Source: an uncultured Quadrisphaera sp.
GTDB lineage: Bacteria > Actinomycetota > Actinomycetes > Actinomycetales > Quadrisphaeraceae
Reading direction: 5' to 3'
Length of the DNA stretch: 64,000 nucleotides
NCBI GenBank assembly: GCA_964242735.1
Contig: CAXTAK010000013.1
Location: 34,085-98,084, forward strand
Shown here one piece after another: positions 8,885 to 17,742 of this stretch. The translations under genes were made by a program, and so were the position numbers. Within the stretch, counting starts at the first letter, position 1. Each line of letters begins with the position of its first letter. Below the pieces are notes generated by a model. That model worked only from the letters and a program-made list of their open reading frames with translations, was not told where the DNA came from and searched no databases.

Positions 8885-9800
8885 GTGCGTGTCCTCTTCG
8901 CCTCCCTCCCGGCCCACGGGCAGCTGCTGCCGCTCGCCTCGGCGTCCCGCGACGCCGGCCACGACGTCGTGATCGCGACCGGCGGTTCGTTCGCATCGTT
9001 CCCGGCCGGACGGGGGTGGGCCGCGCGCGATGCGCCCCCGCGCGTGGAGCACGCCGTGCGAGACGTCGTGGCCGCCCGCCCGGACCTGCTGCGCCTGCCC
9101 CCGATGGACCGGTGGCGGACGGGTCTCGAAGTCTTCGCCGAGACCCTGCCGGAGCGCACGGTCCCCCCGCTGCGCGAGGTCGTCAGCGAGGTGCGCCCGG
9201 ACCTCGTGGTCTACGAGCAGGAGGACCTCCGCGCTGCCGTGGTCAGCGCGGCGGCGGGGGTCCCCGCGGTGCATCACGGTCCGGGGCCCACGCCGGCGCC
9301 GGCCCTGCTGGAGGCGTTCGCCGATGTGGTGCGCCGGCGCGCGGGCGACCTCGGCGGAGACGCCCCCGGGCAGGGGCGGGCGGTCCTGGGCGTCGCCGAG
9401 CTCGACGTCGACGTGCTGGCCACCGTCGGTCCGGACGGCGACGTCGATGCCGTCCCGACGCACGACCGGCTGCGCGTCGAGCGCTTCGTCGACCAAGAGG
9501 AGGCGCTCTCCCGGGCCGCGGCCGCAGTGCACCACGGCGGCAGCGGGACCACGCTGGCCTCCCTCGGCTACGCCCGGCCGCAGCTGGTGATGCACCAGGG
9601 CGAGATCGACCAGTTCCTCGACGGCCGCGCCGTGGTGCGCGCCGCACTCGCACCGGAGGACGTCAGCGCTGCCCCGGGTCGCGGACGAGGTGCGCCGGTC
9701 GCTGGAGAGCCCGGTGCCGACCGCCGCCGGCGGCATCGCGACCATGCCCTCGCCGGCCGAGGTCGTCCCGACCCGGCCGCCCTCGCCCTCGGCCGGCTCA
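8885..9800 (+). pseudogene. GT1 (macrolide/UDP-glycosyltransferase-like) glycosyltransferase, degraded
   Basis: N-terminus VRVLFASLPAHGQLLPL and C-domain HHGGSGTT are present. About 300 codons remain against roughly 390-420 typical. Around 9650-9680 the homology (LPRVADEVRRSLESP..IATMPSPAEVV) continues in another frame. The 3' end is approximate. Confidence 0.6.
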
Positions 9801-10832
9801 GCCCAGCGGGGCCACCAGCGCCGAGGCACCGGCCGACCACGACCGCATCACGTGGGCGGAGAGCCGCTCGTCGAGCAGGGCGGTGGCCTGCAGGCCGAAG
9901 ACGACGTCGGCGGCCATCGCGGGGTCGGCCTCGACCAGCGGGGCGATGATCCCGGTGCGCACCACCTGCTCGTGCACCGCGTCGGCCTCGACGTGCTCGG
10001 CGTAGAAGCCCACCGTCGCCGGGCCGCACCCCAGGCGGGTCGCGGCGCGCACGAGCCGGTCCGAACCCGGTGAGGACGTCAGCTCCACCGCCGCGAACTG
10101 GCCCACCAGCGCGCCCCGCAACCCGCGGTGCAGCCCGCACAGCGACATGAGGTTCACCTCCGCGAGCACCGGCGCCGGCGCAGCGTCGAGGTACGCGCCG
10201 TAGGCGTCGGTGAGGTCGAGCTCGCGCATCATGTCGGCGAAGAGCTGCGCGTGCATGCGGTCACCGCGCCCGGCCCCGTACTCGTCGTGCTCGACGGAGA
10301 CCAGGGCGGCCTTCGCCGCGCCCTCCAGCCGGGGGATGACGAAGGCCTGCGGGTCGGCCTCCTTCAGGTGGTAGATCGAGCGGAGCGCGATGTACTCCCG
10401 CAGCTGCCACAGCTCCCCGCGGCGGCGCAGGTGGTGCGAGACCCCGTCACCGTCGACGTGCTCGACCACCAGGGCCGCGACCTCGCCGGCGACGTCATCG
10501 CCCCCGGGGACGTCGCGGCGCAGCGCGGCGAGGAAGCTCGCCTCGAGCTCGCCGCGCAGCCCGAGCAGGGCGGGGTCCCACTCCAGGTCGTCGCCGACCC
10601 CGGCGAACCCCCGGTAGTGGAGCTCGTAGCAGGTGTACAGCGCGAGCTGCAGGTCGTCGCCGTAGGGGTCCGCGGCGCCCAGCGCCCCCGCCAGGGACGG
10701 CAGGTCGGGCACGCCCGCGCCGGTCAGGGCGCGCAGGACCACCTGCGACAGCGGGCCCCGCGCGGCAGGCAGCGCGGGGGCCGCGGCGTCGGTGCGCGGG
10801 TCGCCGCTTCTGGGGGCCGTGGTGGTGGTCAT
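9798..10832 (-). CDS. Iron-containing redox enzyme family protein (heme-oxygenase-like diiron fold, PF14518-like)
   Basis: Candidate ligand motifs are YHLKEAD, VEHDEYGAGRGDRMH, AAVELTS and YAEHVEADAVHE. The ATG at 10832 overlaps the CDGSH stop (ATGA). Confidence 0.85.
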   Translation of the reverse strand: MTTTTAPRSGDPRTDAAAPALPAARGPLSQVVLRALTGAGVPDLPSLAGALGAADPYGDDLQLALYTCYELHYRGFAGVGDDLEWDPALLGLRGELEASFLAALRRDVPGGDDVAGEVAALVVEHVDGDGVSHHLRRRGELWQLREYIALRSIYHLKEADPQAFVIPRLEGAAKAALVSVEHDEYGAGRGDRMHAQLFADMMRELDLTDAYGAYLDAAPAPVLAEVNLMSLCGLHRGLRGALVGQFAAVELTSSPGSDRLVRAATRLGCGPATVGFYAEHVEADAVHEQVVRTGIIAPLVEADPAMAADVVFGLQATALLDERLSAHVMRSWSAGASALVAPLG

Positions 10833-11083
10833 GGCTGCTCCTGGGGGGTGGTGCGGACGCGGCGGCGGTGGCTGGTGTCGCAGATCGGGTAGCGGCGGCT
10901 GTTGCCGCACACGCACACCGCGGTCACCGGCCGCTGCGAGAGCGTGGTGGTGCCGTCGGGCAGCACCACCTCCACGGGGCCCTGCACGAGCACAGGACCG
11001 TCCGCGGTGATGGTGAGCCGGTTGACGGGGGCGACCCGCCCGGACACCGGCACCGGCACCGGCGGCGTGTTCTCAGGCGGCAC
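10829..11083 (-). CDS. CDGSH iron-sulfur domain protein
   Basis: CVCGNSRRYPICDTSH matches C-x-C-x2-S-x3-P-x-C-D-x-S-H. 84 aa. Confidence 0.85.
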   Translation of the reverse strand: MPPENTPPVPVPVSGRVAPVNRLTITADGPVLVQGPVEVVLPDGTTTLSQRPVTAVCVCGNSRRYPICDTSHRRRVRTTPQEQP

Positions 11084-11804
11084 GCCGCACCTCCTCCCCG
11101 GGGCGGGGCGCCGGCCCGGTCAGCGGGTCCTGGACGGTGATGGGCCACGCGAGGGGGCCGTCGCTGGCGGCGATGACCACGAGCTCCTCGCTGCGCTGGC
11201 CGACCGCGACCAGACCGCGCTCGGCCAGCAGGTCGGCGCGCCCGCGCATGACCGGCCCGTAGGGCTCCTGCGCGCGGGCGACGACGGCCACGTCCAGGCC
11301 CGCCGCGCGCAGCAGGGCGACGGTGCGCGCGGCGTCCGCGACGACCGACTGGGTGAGCAGCAGCACCCCGCCGTCGGCGAGCAGGGCCGGCACCTGCTCG
11401 CAGATGCGGTCGAGCACCGCGCGCCCGTCGGTGCCCGCGTCCCAGCTGCGCCCCGGGCGGTGGCGGGGCAGCACCGACGTGGCCGCCGGCACGTACGGGG
11501 GGTTGGACAGCACGAGGTCGAAGCGCCGCCCGTGCACGGGGGCGACCAGGTCGCCGCGGTGCACGCGCAGCCGCGCGCCGTGCAGGGCGCTGTTGAGCCG
11601 GGCGGTGATCACCGAGCGGCGCGAGAGGTCGATGGCGGTGACCGTGGCGGCCCCCGCCCGGGCGGCGGTCACGGCGAGCGCACCGGAACCGGTGCCGACG
11701 TCGAGCACGCGTGCGCCCCGGGCGAGGCCGCTGGCCTCGACCACGCCGGCGAGGAGCCTGGTGTCGCCCTGCGCCCGGTACGTGCCGGGCAGGCGGAGGA
11801 GCAT
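11073..11804 (-). CDS. HemK2/MTQ2-like SAM-dependent methyltransferase (NPPY class)
   Basis: MLLRLPGTYRAQGDT N-terminus, SAM motif VLDVGTGSGALAV and NPPY catalytic motif. The ATG at 11804 is preferred over the ORF-track start at 12143, which adds a GR-repeat leader. Confidence 0.85.
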   Translation of the reverse strand: MLLRLPGTYRAQGDTRLLAGVVEASGLARGARVLDVGTGSGALAVTAARAGAATVTAIDLSRRSVITARLNSALHGARLRVHRGDLVAPVHGRRFDLVLSNPPYVPAATSVLPRHRPGRSWDAGTDGRAVLDRICEQVPALLADGGVLLLTQSVVADAARTVALLRAAGLDVAVVARAQEPYGPVMRGRADLLAERGLVAVGQRSEELVVIAASDGPLAWPITVQDPLTGPAPRPGEEVRRAA

Positions 11805-12001
11805 CACCGGGACAGTGTCCTCGCCGGCCCGCGGGGCCGCCCACCCGATCCGCCGCCGGTCCGACCACTGCCAGGACGTCGTCACTCCGCGGGTGAGCGC
11901 GTCCACCACCGTGTCCGCGACCGGCCGGTCGGCGTGCACCCGGCGCACCGCGCCGGGGTCGGGGTGCGCGGTAGCCGTCCGCAGCGCGATCGCCGCTGCA
12001 C

Positions 12002-12035
12002 GCCCCCGCCCCCGCCCCCGCCCCCGCCCTCGCCC
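12002..12035. repeat. Hexamer tandem repeat (GCCCCC)4 plus degenerate units; equals (GGGGGC)n on the minus strand
   Basis: Direct reading of cgcccccgcccccgcccccgcccccgccctcgccc. It lies about 200 nt upstream of the methyltransferase start. Confidence 0.85.
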
Positions 12036-12979
12036 AGGAGTGCCCCTCCGCAGCTCGAGGACGGCCCTCCACCGGGGGGTGCTGCTCTCGTGGCTCGGTG
12101 GTAGCGGATCCTCGGGAGGTTGCCGCAGCGCTCCACGGACCACCGTCGGGTGCCTGAGCGGGAGGCGTCGACGAGCAGGGCGCGCGGTCCTGCGCCGCGC
12201 AGACCCGGATCCGGCGCCCCAGCGGCGTCATCAGCAGGTCGATGGCGTCGGGGGCACCGAGCTGCGGGGGCGGGTGCACGACCGCTGGCCGCGCGCCGCC
12301 ACGGTGGTGCTGCTCGCCTCGCTCGCGGCCCTGGCCGTCCTGGGGCCCCTCGACCCGGCACCGCGGTTCCCCGCCGGCGCACTCGTCGCCGCAGCCGGCA
12401 CCGTGATCGCCGCTCGCGGCGCACCCGCCGCACCGCCGGTGACGGGAGCGACGGCCCGCGCTGCTGGTGGACAGCCGTCGCCCGACCCCGGACGCCCCGG
12501 CGACTGACCGCACGTCGACCAGATGCCGCCACCGTCGCCGACGTCGGAGGGGTCATGGATCTCGCTACCAGCGCTGGAAGCCCGCGCCGTGCCGCTGGGC
12601 CCCAGCCGAGCACCAGCGGCCGTGGTCGCCGCTGTGGCGGTGGCCATCGACGAACCGCCGACCGACGCGTCGTGGGCGAGGACCTCGGGGACCGGCACGT
12701 CAGCGGTGACCCGACCGGGATCGCCGGGGTGAGGCTCGACGTCCCCCGCCCCTACCGCCTCCGCCTGCTGCACCGCCAGGTCGACGGCGTCGCGCGGGAC
12801 GTCGTCGCCGTCGGGGTGCGCGAGCAGCACGCGGTCGACCCCTGGCCCCGATCGCCTCACCGAGCAGCAGCTCGTCCGCGCCGTCCACGGACTCACCGCG
12901 GGGGGGCCTCCTGCACGCTGCGCACCCGACCACGACCTCGGACCTCCCACGGCGGCCGCACTCCGCTAGCGTCGCGCGC

Positions 12980-13282
12980 GTGCTCCTGACACCCCACGAG
13001 CAGGAACGGCTGATGCTCTCCTACGCCGCCGAACTGGCCCTGCGCCGCCGCGGCCGCGGACTGCGCCTGAACCACCCGGAGACCATCGCGGTGATCACCA
13101 GCTTCCTCCTCGAGGGCGCCCGCGACGGGCGCACGGTGGCCGAGCTCATGTCCTCGGGCCGCGAGGTGCTCCGCCGCGACGACGTGATGGACGGCGTCCC
13201 CGAGATGCTGCCCGAGGTCGCCGTCGAGGCCACCTTCCCCGACGGCACGAAGCTGGTCACCGTGCACCAGCCCATCCCGTGA
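12980..13282 (+). CDS. ureA: Urease subunit gamma
   Basis: [29 protein letters not shown] is the canonical UreA sequence. Confidence 0.95.
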   Translation: MLLTPHEQERLMLSYAAELALRRRGRGLRLNHPETIAVITSFLLEGARDGRTVAELMSSGREVLRRDDVMDGVPEMLPEVAVEATFPDGTKLVTVHQPIP

Positions 13283-13617
13283 TCCCCGGCGAGCTGCTCC
13301 TCGGCGAGGAGCCCGTCGAGATCGCGGCCGGCGCGCCGCGGACGTCGCTGCACGTGGTCAACACCGGCGACCGCCCCGTCCAGGTGGGCTCGCACTTCCA
13401 CCTCGCGCAGGCCAACGCCGCGCTGTCCCTCGACCGCGTCGCGGCGCACGGCCAGCGCCTGGACATCGCGGCCGGCACCGCGGTGCGCTTCGAGCCGGGC
13501 ATCGCCCGCGACGTCGACGTCGTGCCGATCGGCGGCGCCCGCGTCGTCCCCGGCCTCACCCTGGACCCCCCCGGCCCCCTCGACCCGCCGCATGACCCCG
13601 CCCGGACGGGCGCCTGA
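13279..13617 (+). CDS. ureB: Urease subunit beta
   Basis: MIPGE......I..N.GR....[16 protein letters not shown] motif. Its start overlaps the ureA stop. Confidence 0.95.
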   Translation: MIPGELLLGEEPVEIAAGAPRTSLHVVNTGDRPVQVGSHFHLAQANAALSLDRVAAHGQRLDIAAGTAVRFEPGIARDVDVVPIGGARVVPGLTLDPPGPLDPPHDPARTGA

Positions 13618-13633
13618 TGGAGCTGAGCCGTCC

Positions 13634-15352
13634 GTGGAGCTGAGCCGCGAGCGCTACGCCGCCCTGTACGGCCCCACCACCGGTGACCGCATCCGCCTGG
13701 CCGACACCGAGCTGGTCATCGAGGTCGAGCAGGACCTGTGCGGCGGACCCGGTCGCGCCGGGGACGAGGCGGTCTTCGGCGGCGGGAAGGTGATCCGCGA
13801 GTCGATGGGTCAGGCCCGCGCGACCCGCGCCGACGGGACGCCGGACACGGTCATCACCGGCGCCGTCGTCCTCGACCACTGGGGCGTGGTGAAGGCCGAC
13901 GTCGGCATCCGCGACGGGCGCATCGTCGCGCTCGGGAAGGCCGGCAACCCCGAGACGATGGACCGGGTGCACCCGCTGCTGGTGATCGGCCCGTCCACGG
14001 AGGTCATCGCCGGGAACGGGCGCATCCTCACCGCGGGCGCCGTGGACTGCCACGTCCACCTCATCTGCCCGCAGATCGTGCCCGAGGCGCTGGGGGCGGG
14101 CACCACCACCCTCGTCGGCGGCGGCACAGGGCCCGCGGAGGGCACGAAGGCCACGACCGTCACCCCGGGGGCGTGGCACCTGGCCCGGATGCTCGAGGCG
14201 ATGGACGGCCTCCCGGTCAACGTGGCGCTGCTCGGCAAGGGCAACACCGCCTCGGAGGAGGCGATCACCGAGCAGCTCCTCGCGGGCGCCTCGGGGCTGA
14301 AGCTGCACGAGGACTGGGGCTCCACGCCAGCGGTGATCGACACCGCGCTGCGGGTGGCGGACCGGTACGGCGTCCAGGTGGCCCTGCACTCCGACACCCT
14401 CAACGAGGCGGGCTTCGTCGAGGACACGCTCGCCGCGATCGCCGGGCGCGGCATCCACGCTTACCACACCGAGGGCGCCGGGGGCGGGCACGCGCCCGAC
14501 ATCATCACCGTCGCCGGGCACGCACACGTGCTGCCGAGCTCGACGAACCCCACCCGCCCGCACACGGTGAACACCATCGACGAGCACCTCGACATGCTGA
14601 TGGTCTGCCACCACCTGAACCCCTCGATCCCCGAGGACCTCGCCTTCGCCGAGTCCCGCATCCGCCCCTCGACGATCGCCGCGGAGGATGTGCTGCACGA
14701 CCTCGGGGCGATCTCGATGATCGGCTCCGACTCCCAGGCGATGGGTCGGGTCGGGGAGGTGGTGCTGCGCACGTGGCAGACCGCGCACGCGATGAAGGTG
14801 CGCCGCGGGGCGCTGGACGGCGACGGGCCCGCGGACAACACCCGCGCGCGGCGCTACGTCGCGAAGTACACGATCTGCCCGGCGGTCGCCCACGGCCTCG
14901 ACGACGAGGTCGGGTCGGTCGAGGTGGGCAAGCTCGCAGACCTGGTGCTGTGGGAGCCGGCGTTCTTCGGCGTCCGCCCGCACGTCGTGATCAAGGGCGG
15001 GATGATCGCCTGGGGAGCGATGGGCGACGCGAACGCCTCGATCCCCACCCCGCAGCCGCAGCTGCCCCGCCCCATGTTCGGGGCGGTCCCGCGGGTGGCG
15101 GCAGCGACGTCGCTGCACTTCGTGGCGCCAGCGGCCCTGGACGGCGGGCTCGCCGAGCGCCTGGCGCTGGCTCGGCGCCTGGCGCCGGTGAAGGACGTGC
15201 GCGCCCTGACCAAGGCGGACATGGTGAACAACGACGCCCTGCCGCGCATCGAGGTCGAGCCCGACACCTTCACCGTGCGCATCGACGGTGACGTGGTGGA
15301 GGAGTCCCCGGCGCCGGAGCTGCCGATGGCGCAGCGCTACTTCCTCTTCTGA
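13634..15352 (+). CDS. ureC: Urease subunit alpha
   Basis: [29 protein letters not shown] and MVCHHL are urease alpha signatures. GTG 13634 gives the family-typical N-terminus. An in-frame ATG at 13592 is an alternative start. Confidence 0.95.
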   Translation: MELSRERYAALYGPTTGDRIRLADTELVIEVEQDLCGGPGRAGDEAVFGGGKVIRESMGQARATRADGTPDTVITGAVVLDHWGVVKADVGIRDGRIVALGKAGNPETMDRVHPLLVIGPSTEVIAGNGRILTAGAVDCHVHLICPQIVPEALGAGTTTLVGGGTGPAEGTKATTVTPGAWHLARMLEAMDGLPVNVALLGKGNTASEEAITEQLLAGASGLKLHEDWGSTPAVIDTALRVADRYGVQVALHSDTLNEAGFVEDTLAAIAGRGIHAYHTEGAGGGHAPDIITVAGHAHVLPSSTNPTRPHTVNTIDEHLDMLMVCHHLNPSIPEDLAFAESRIRPSTIAAEDVLHDLGAISMIGSDSQAMGRVGEVVLRTWQTAHAMKVRRGALDGDGPADNTRARRYVAKYTICPAVAHGLDDEVGSVEVGKLADLVLWEPAFFGVRPHVVIKGGMIAWGAMGDANASIPTPQPQLPRPMFGAVPRVAAATSLHFVAPAALDGGLAERLALARRLAPVKDVRALTKADMVNNDALPRIEVEPDTFTVRIDGDVVEESPAPELPMAQRYFLF

Positions 15353-15402
15353 GTGCAGCCCGTTCCGAGGGTGACCGGTCTCCAGCACGACCCGACGCCG
15401 CG

Positions 15403-16068
15403 ATGACGCTCGTGGCGCTGCTCGCCCTCGCGGACTCCCGGCTGCCCGCGGGAGGGCACGCGCACTCCGCGGCGGCGGAGCAGTTCGTCACCGACGGCCT
15501 GGTGCGCGACGAGGCGTCCCTGGCCACGCTGCTGCGGCGGCGCCTGCTCACCGGGGGCGCAGTCGCGGCGGGCCTGGCGGCCACGGCGTGCGCCGACCCG
15601 GGCGCGGGGCCGCTGGCGGCGCTGGACGACGGGGCCGACGCCCGCACCCCCTCCCCCGCCGCGCGCACAGCGTCCCGCGCGCAGGGCCGGGCGCTGCTGC
15701 GCGTGGCGTCGAGCGCGTGGCCCTCGCCGGTGTGGACCGCTCTGCGCCCGGCGACACCGGGAGCGCACCACGCCGTGGTGCTCGGGGTGGCCACCGCCGT
15801 GGTGGGCGGGCGCCCCCGCGACGCCGCGCTCCTCGCCGCCTACCTGACCACCACCGCCCCGGCGACGGCCGCGCAGCGGCTGCTGGGCCTCGACCCGGTC
15901 ACCGTCGCCGCGGTGCTGGCCTCCCTCGGGACGCTGCAGGAGCAGATCGCCGACGCCGCCGCGCTGGCAGCGGCCGCCGGTGAGGGGCCCGCGAGCGGCG
16001 CCGACCCGCTCACCGACCTGCTGCACACCCGGCACACCCCCCGGCAGGACAAGCTGTTCGCCTCGTAG
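15403..16068 (+). CDS. ureF: Urease accessory protein UreF
   Basis: LLALADSRLPAGGHAHS...E is the UreF N-terminal motif. It follows ureC. Confidence 0.85.
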   Translation: MTLVALLALADSRLPAGGHAHSAAAEQFVTDGLVRDEASLATLLRRRLLTGGAVAAGLAATACADPGAGPLAALDDGADARTPSPAARTASRAQGRALLRVASSAWPSPVWTALRPATPGAHHAVVLGVATAVVGGRPRDAALLAAYLTTTAPATAAQRLLGLDPVTVAAVLASLGTLQEQIADAAALAAAAGEGPASGADPLTDLLHTRHTPRQDKLFAS

Positions 16069-16117
16069 TGCCCCACCACCGCGGCGCGTCGCGGGGAGCT
16101 GACCGGGGCGGACGCCC

Positions 16118-17086
16118 TCAGAAGATGCGCAGCACCGCCACAACGCCCACCAGCGCCCCCAACACCCCCACCGCCCCGACCGCGGCGAAGACCCGCGACG
16201 CCGGCAGCACCGACGTCCCCTCGTCCAGACCGAGACGCTCAGGCCACTGGCGCACCCCGCCGAGCGCCGGCACCGCGGCCGCCGGCTGCAACTTCTCGGC
16301 GATCTCCCCCACGCCGTCGCGGGGGAGGCGGGTGCTGCCACGGCCGCCCCGGGCGGCAGCCGGTGCGGCCCCGGTGGTGCGGGCCGGCGAGGGCGCCGCC
16401 GTCGGGACTCCCACGGGCGACAGCTGCATCGTCGGCGCCTCCACCGCCGGGACCTCCACCGTCGGTGCCTCCAGCACCGGCGCCTCCACCGGCGGCACCC
16501 CCACCACCGGTGCCTCCACCGTCGGAGCCGTGAGCGACGGCTCGGGGAGCGGCACCACCGGCACCGGTGCCTCTGCCACCAGCGCCCCGGACACCGGTGC
16601 CGGTGCGCTGCTGCCGGCCACCACGGCCATCAGCGCGGCCCGCGCACCGGCCGACACGGGTGACGTGCCCTCGCCCGGCACCAGCAGCGCCTCCCCGGCA
16701 GCGGTCGTCGCCACCTCCCCGGGGTCCACCGTCACGGGCACCAGCCCCCGGTCGGCGAGGTCGGCGAGCGCGGTGTCCAGGCCGGCGGCGAGGCGCTGCG
16801 CCTGCGCAGGCGCCAGCTCCCCGCCGACGCCGGCGAGCACACCGGTCGCCTCGGGCATCACCACGAGCACCCGCCCCGGCAGGGGCAGCGCGTCCAGGAC
16901 CTGCACCCACTCCGAGGGGGGCAGCATCCGCAGCACCCGGGCGAGGCGCTCAGGGCGCTGGGTCGGCACCGCGCGCACGCTGACCGGGCGGCCCAGCAGG
17001 ACGTCGTACCCCTGCCCCGCCACGCCGCCCGAGAGGCCCTCGACCACGTCGTCGGCCACCCGGTACCGCCGCGCCGGGGCGCTCAC
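16118..17086 (-). CDS. Tail-anchored membrane protein with Pro/Val/Glu/Ala repeats and a possibly kinase-like but non-catalytic N-domain
   Basis: The GTG start overlaps the upstream stop (GTGA). It has APTVEAPVVGVPPVEAPVLEAPTVEVPAVEAPT repeats. A single C-terminal hydrophobic helix VFAAVGAVGVLGALVGVVAVLRIF precedes the stop. Confidence 0.7.
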   Translation of the reverse strand: MSAPARRYRVADDVVEGLSGGVAGQGYDVLLGRPVSVRAVPTQRPERLARVLRMLPPSEWVQVLDALPLPGRVLVVMPEATGVLAGVGGELAPAQAQRLAAGLDTALADLADRGLVPVTVDPGEVATTAAGEALLVPGEGTSPVSAGARAALMAVVAGSSAPAPVSGALVAEAPVPVVPLPEPSLTAPTVEAPVVGVPPVEAPVLEAPTVEVPAVEAPTMQLSPVGVPTAAPSPARTTGAAPAAARGGRGSTRLPRDGVGEIAEKLQPAAAVPALGGVRQWPERLGLDEGTSVLPASRVFAAVGAVGVLGALVGVVAVLRIF

Positions 17087-17742
17087 GCCCGTGCGCCGAC
17101 CTCGCGGCGGTCCTGGGCGGCGCGCCCGGCCTCGGTGTGCAGCGGAGGTTCGGCGAGCGGCTGCGCCGACATCAGCACGCGCTCGGCGGAGGAGCGCACC
17201 CCGGCGACCAGCTGCTCGTGCGTGGCCCACAACCGCTCGACCCGCTCCGACAGGTCCTCCACCTCGTCCTCGGCGGCCTGCACCGCCTCCTGCGCGCGCT
17301 GGTCGGCGTGGCGCTGGGTCCGCACCAGCAGCTCCTCCGCGCGGCTCTGCGCGTCGGCGAGCATCGCGTCGTGCCGGGTGGTGGCCTCGTCCTGCGCCTG
17401 CTGCACCTGCCCCCGCACCACCCGCGCCTCCTCGTCGACCTCGCCGCGCACCTGCTCGGCGTACTGGTCGGCCTCGCCGCGCACCTGCTCGGCGTACCGG
17501 TCGGCCTCGGTGCGCACCTGGTCGGCCTCGTTCGAGGCCACCTCCAGCAGGCGCGAGACCTGCGGGCCCAGGTCGTGCAGTGCGCCCGCGCCGGGACGGG
17601 TCGACCGCTCCTCGGCCTCCTCGGCGCGGGTCCGGGCCCGCTTGAGGGCGACGCCGAGCTGGCGCACGTGCTCGTCGACGTGCACGCGGTCGTACCCGCG
17701 CACGACGAGGGGGAAGGGGGGGTTCTCTCGCTGCTCAGGCAC
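17083..17742 (-). CDS. DivIVA domain-containing coiled-coil protein
   Basis: PFPLVVRGYDRVHVDEHV is the DivIVA N-terminal motif. The remainder is charged and coiled-coil-like. GTG 17742 is preceded by GGAGG. Confidence 0.8.
   Translation of the reverse strand: MPEQRENPPFPLVVRGYDRVHVDEHVRQLGVALKRARTRAEEAEERSTRPGAGALHDLGPQVSRLLEVASNEADQVRTEADRYAEQVRGEADQYAEQVRGEVDEEARVVRGQVQQAQDEATTRHDAMLADAQSRAEELLVRTQRHADQRAQEAVQAAEDEVEDLSERVERLWATHEQLVAGVRSSAERVLMSAQPLAEPPLHTEAGRAAQDRREVGARA
17446..17532 (-). repeat. In-frame 33-bp tandem repeat (2 full units plus a partial one) inside the DivIVA-domain gene
   Basis: gcgcacctgctcggcgtactggtcggcctcgcc is followed by gcgcacctgctcggcgtaccggtcggcctcggt and a shortened third unit. 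It encodes the ADQYAEQVRGE / ADRYAEQVRGE repeats. Confidence 0.85.

Noticed and set aside
11805-12143. An N-terminal extension of the methyltransferase containing a (GR)n repeat.
   Set aside because: Family members start at MLL(R)LPGVY.., which corresponds to the ATG at 11804. The extension is produced by the GCCCCC hexamer repeat and looks non-coding.
13622-13637. An exact 16-mer, GCTGAGCCGTCCGTGG, shared between the ureB-ureC junction (13622-13637) and 49481-49496, with a 12-mer relative at about 49953. I considered it as the end of a small mobile element or a recombination site.
   Set aside because: At this base composition the per-base match probability is about 0.3. Among roughly 4e9 position pairs (both strands), about 20 chance 16-mer identities are expected in 64 kb. 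The flanks share nothing further, and there are no inverted repeats or target duplications.
16420-16570. Short periodic repeats here, the 33-bp repeat at 17446-17532, and the 15- and 17-bp tandem repeats elsewhere were considered as possible CRISPR arrays.
   Set aside because: The units are directly tandem with no unique spacers. Most are in frame inside coding sequence. No cas genes occur in the window.
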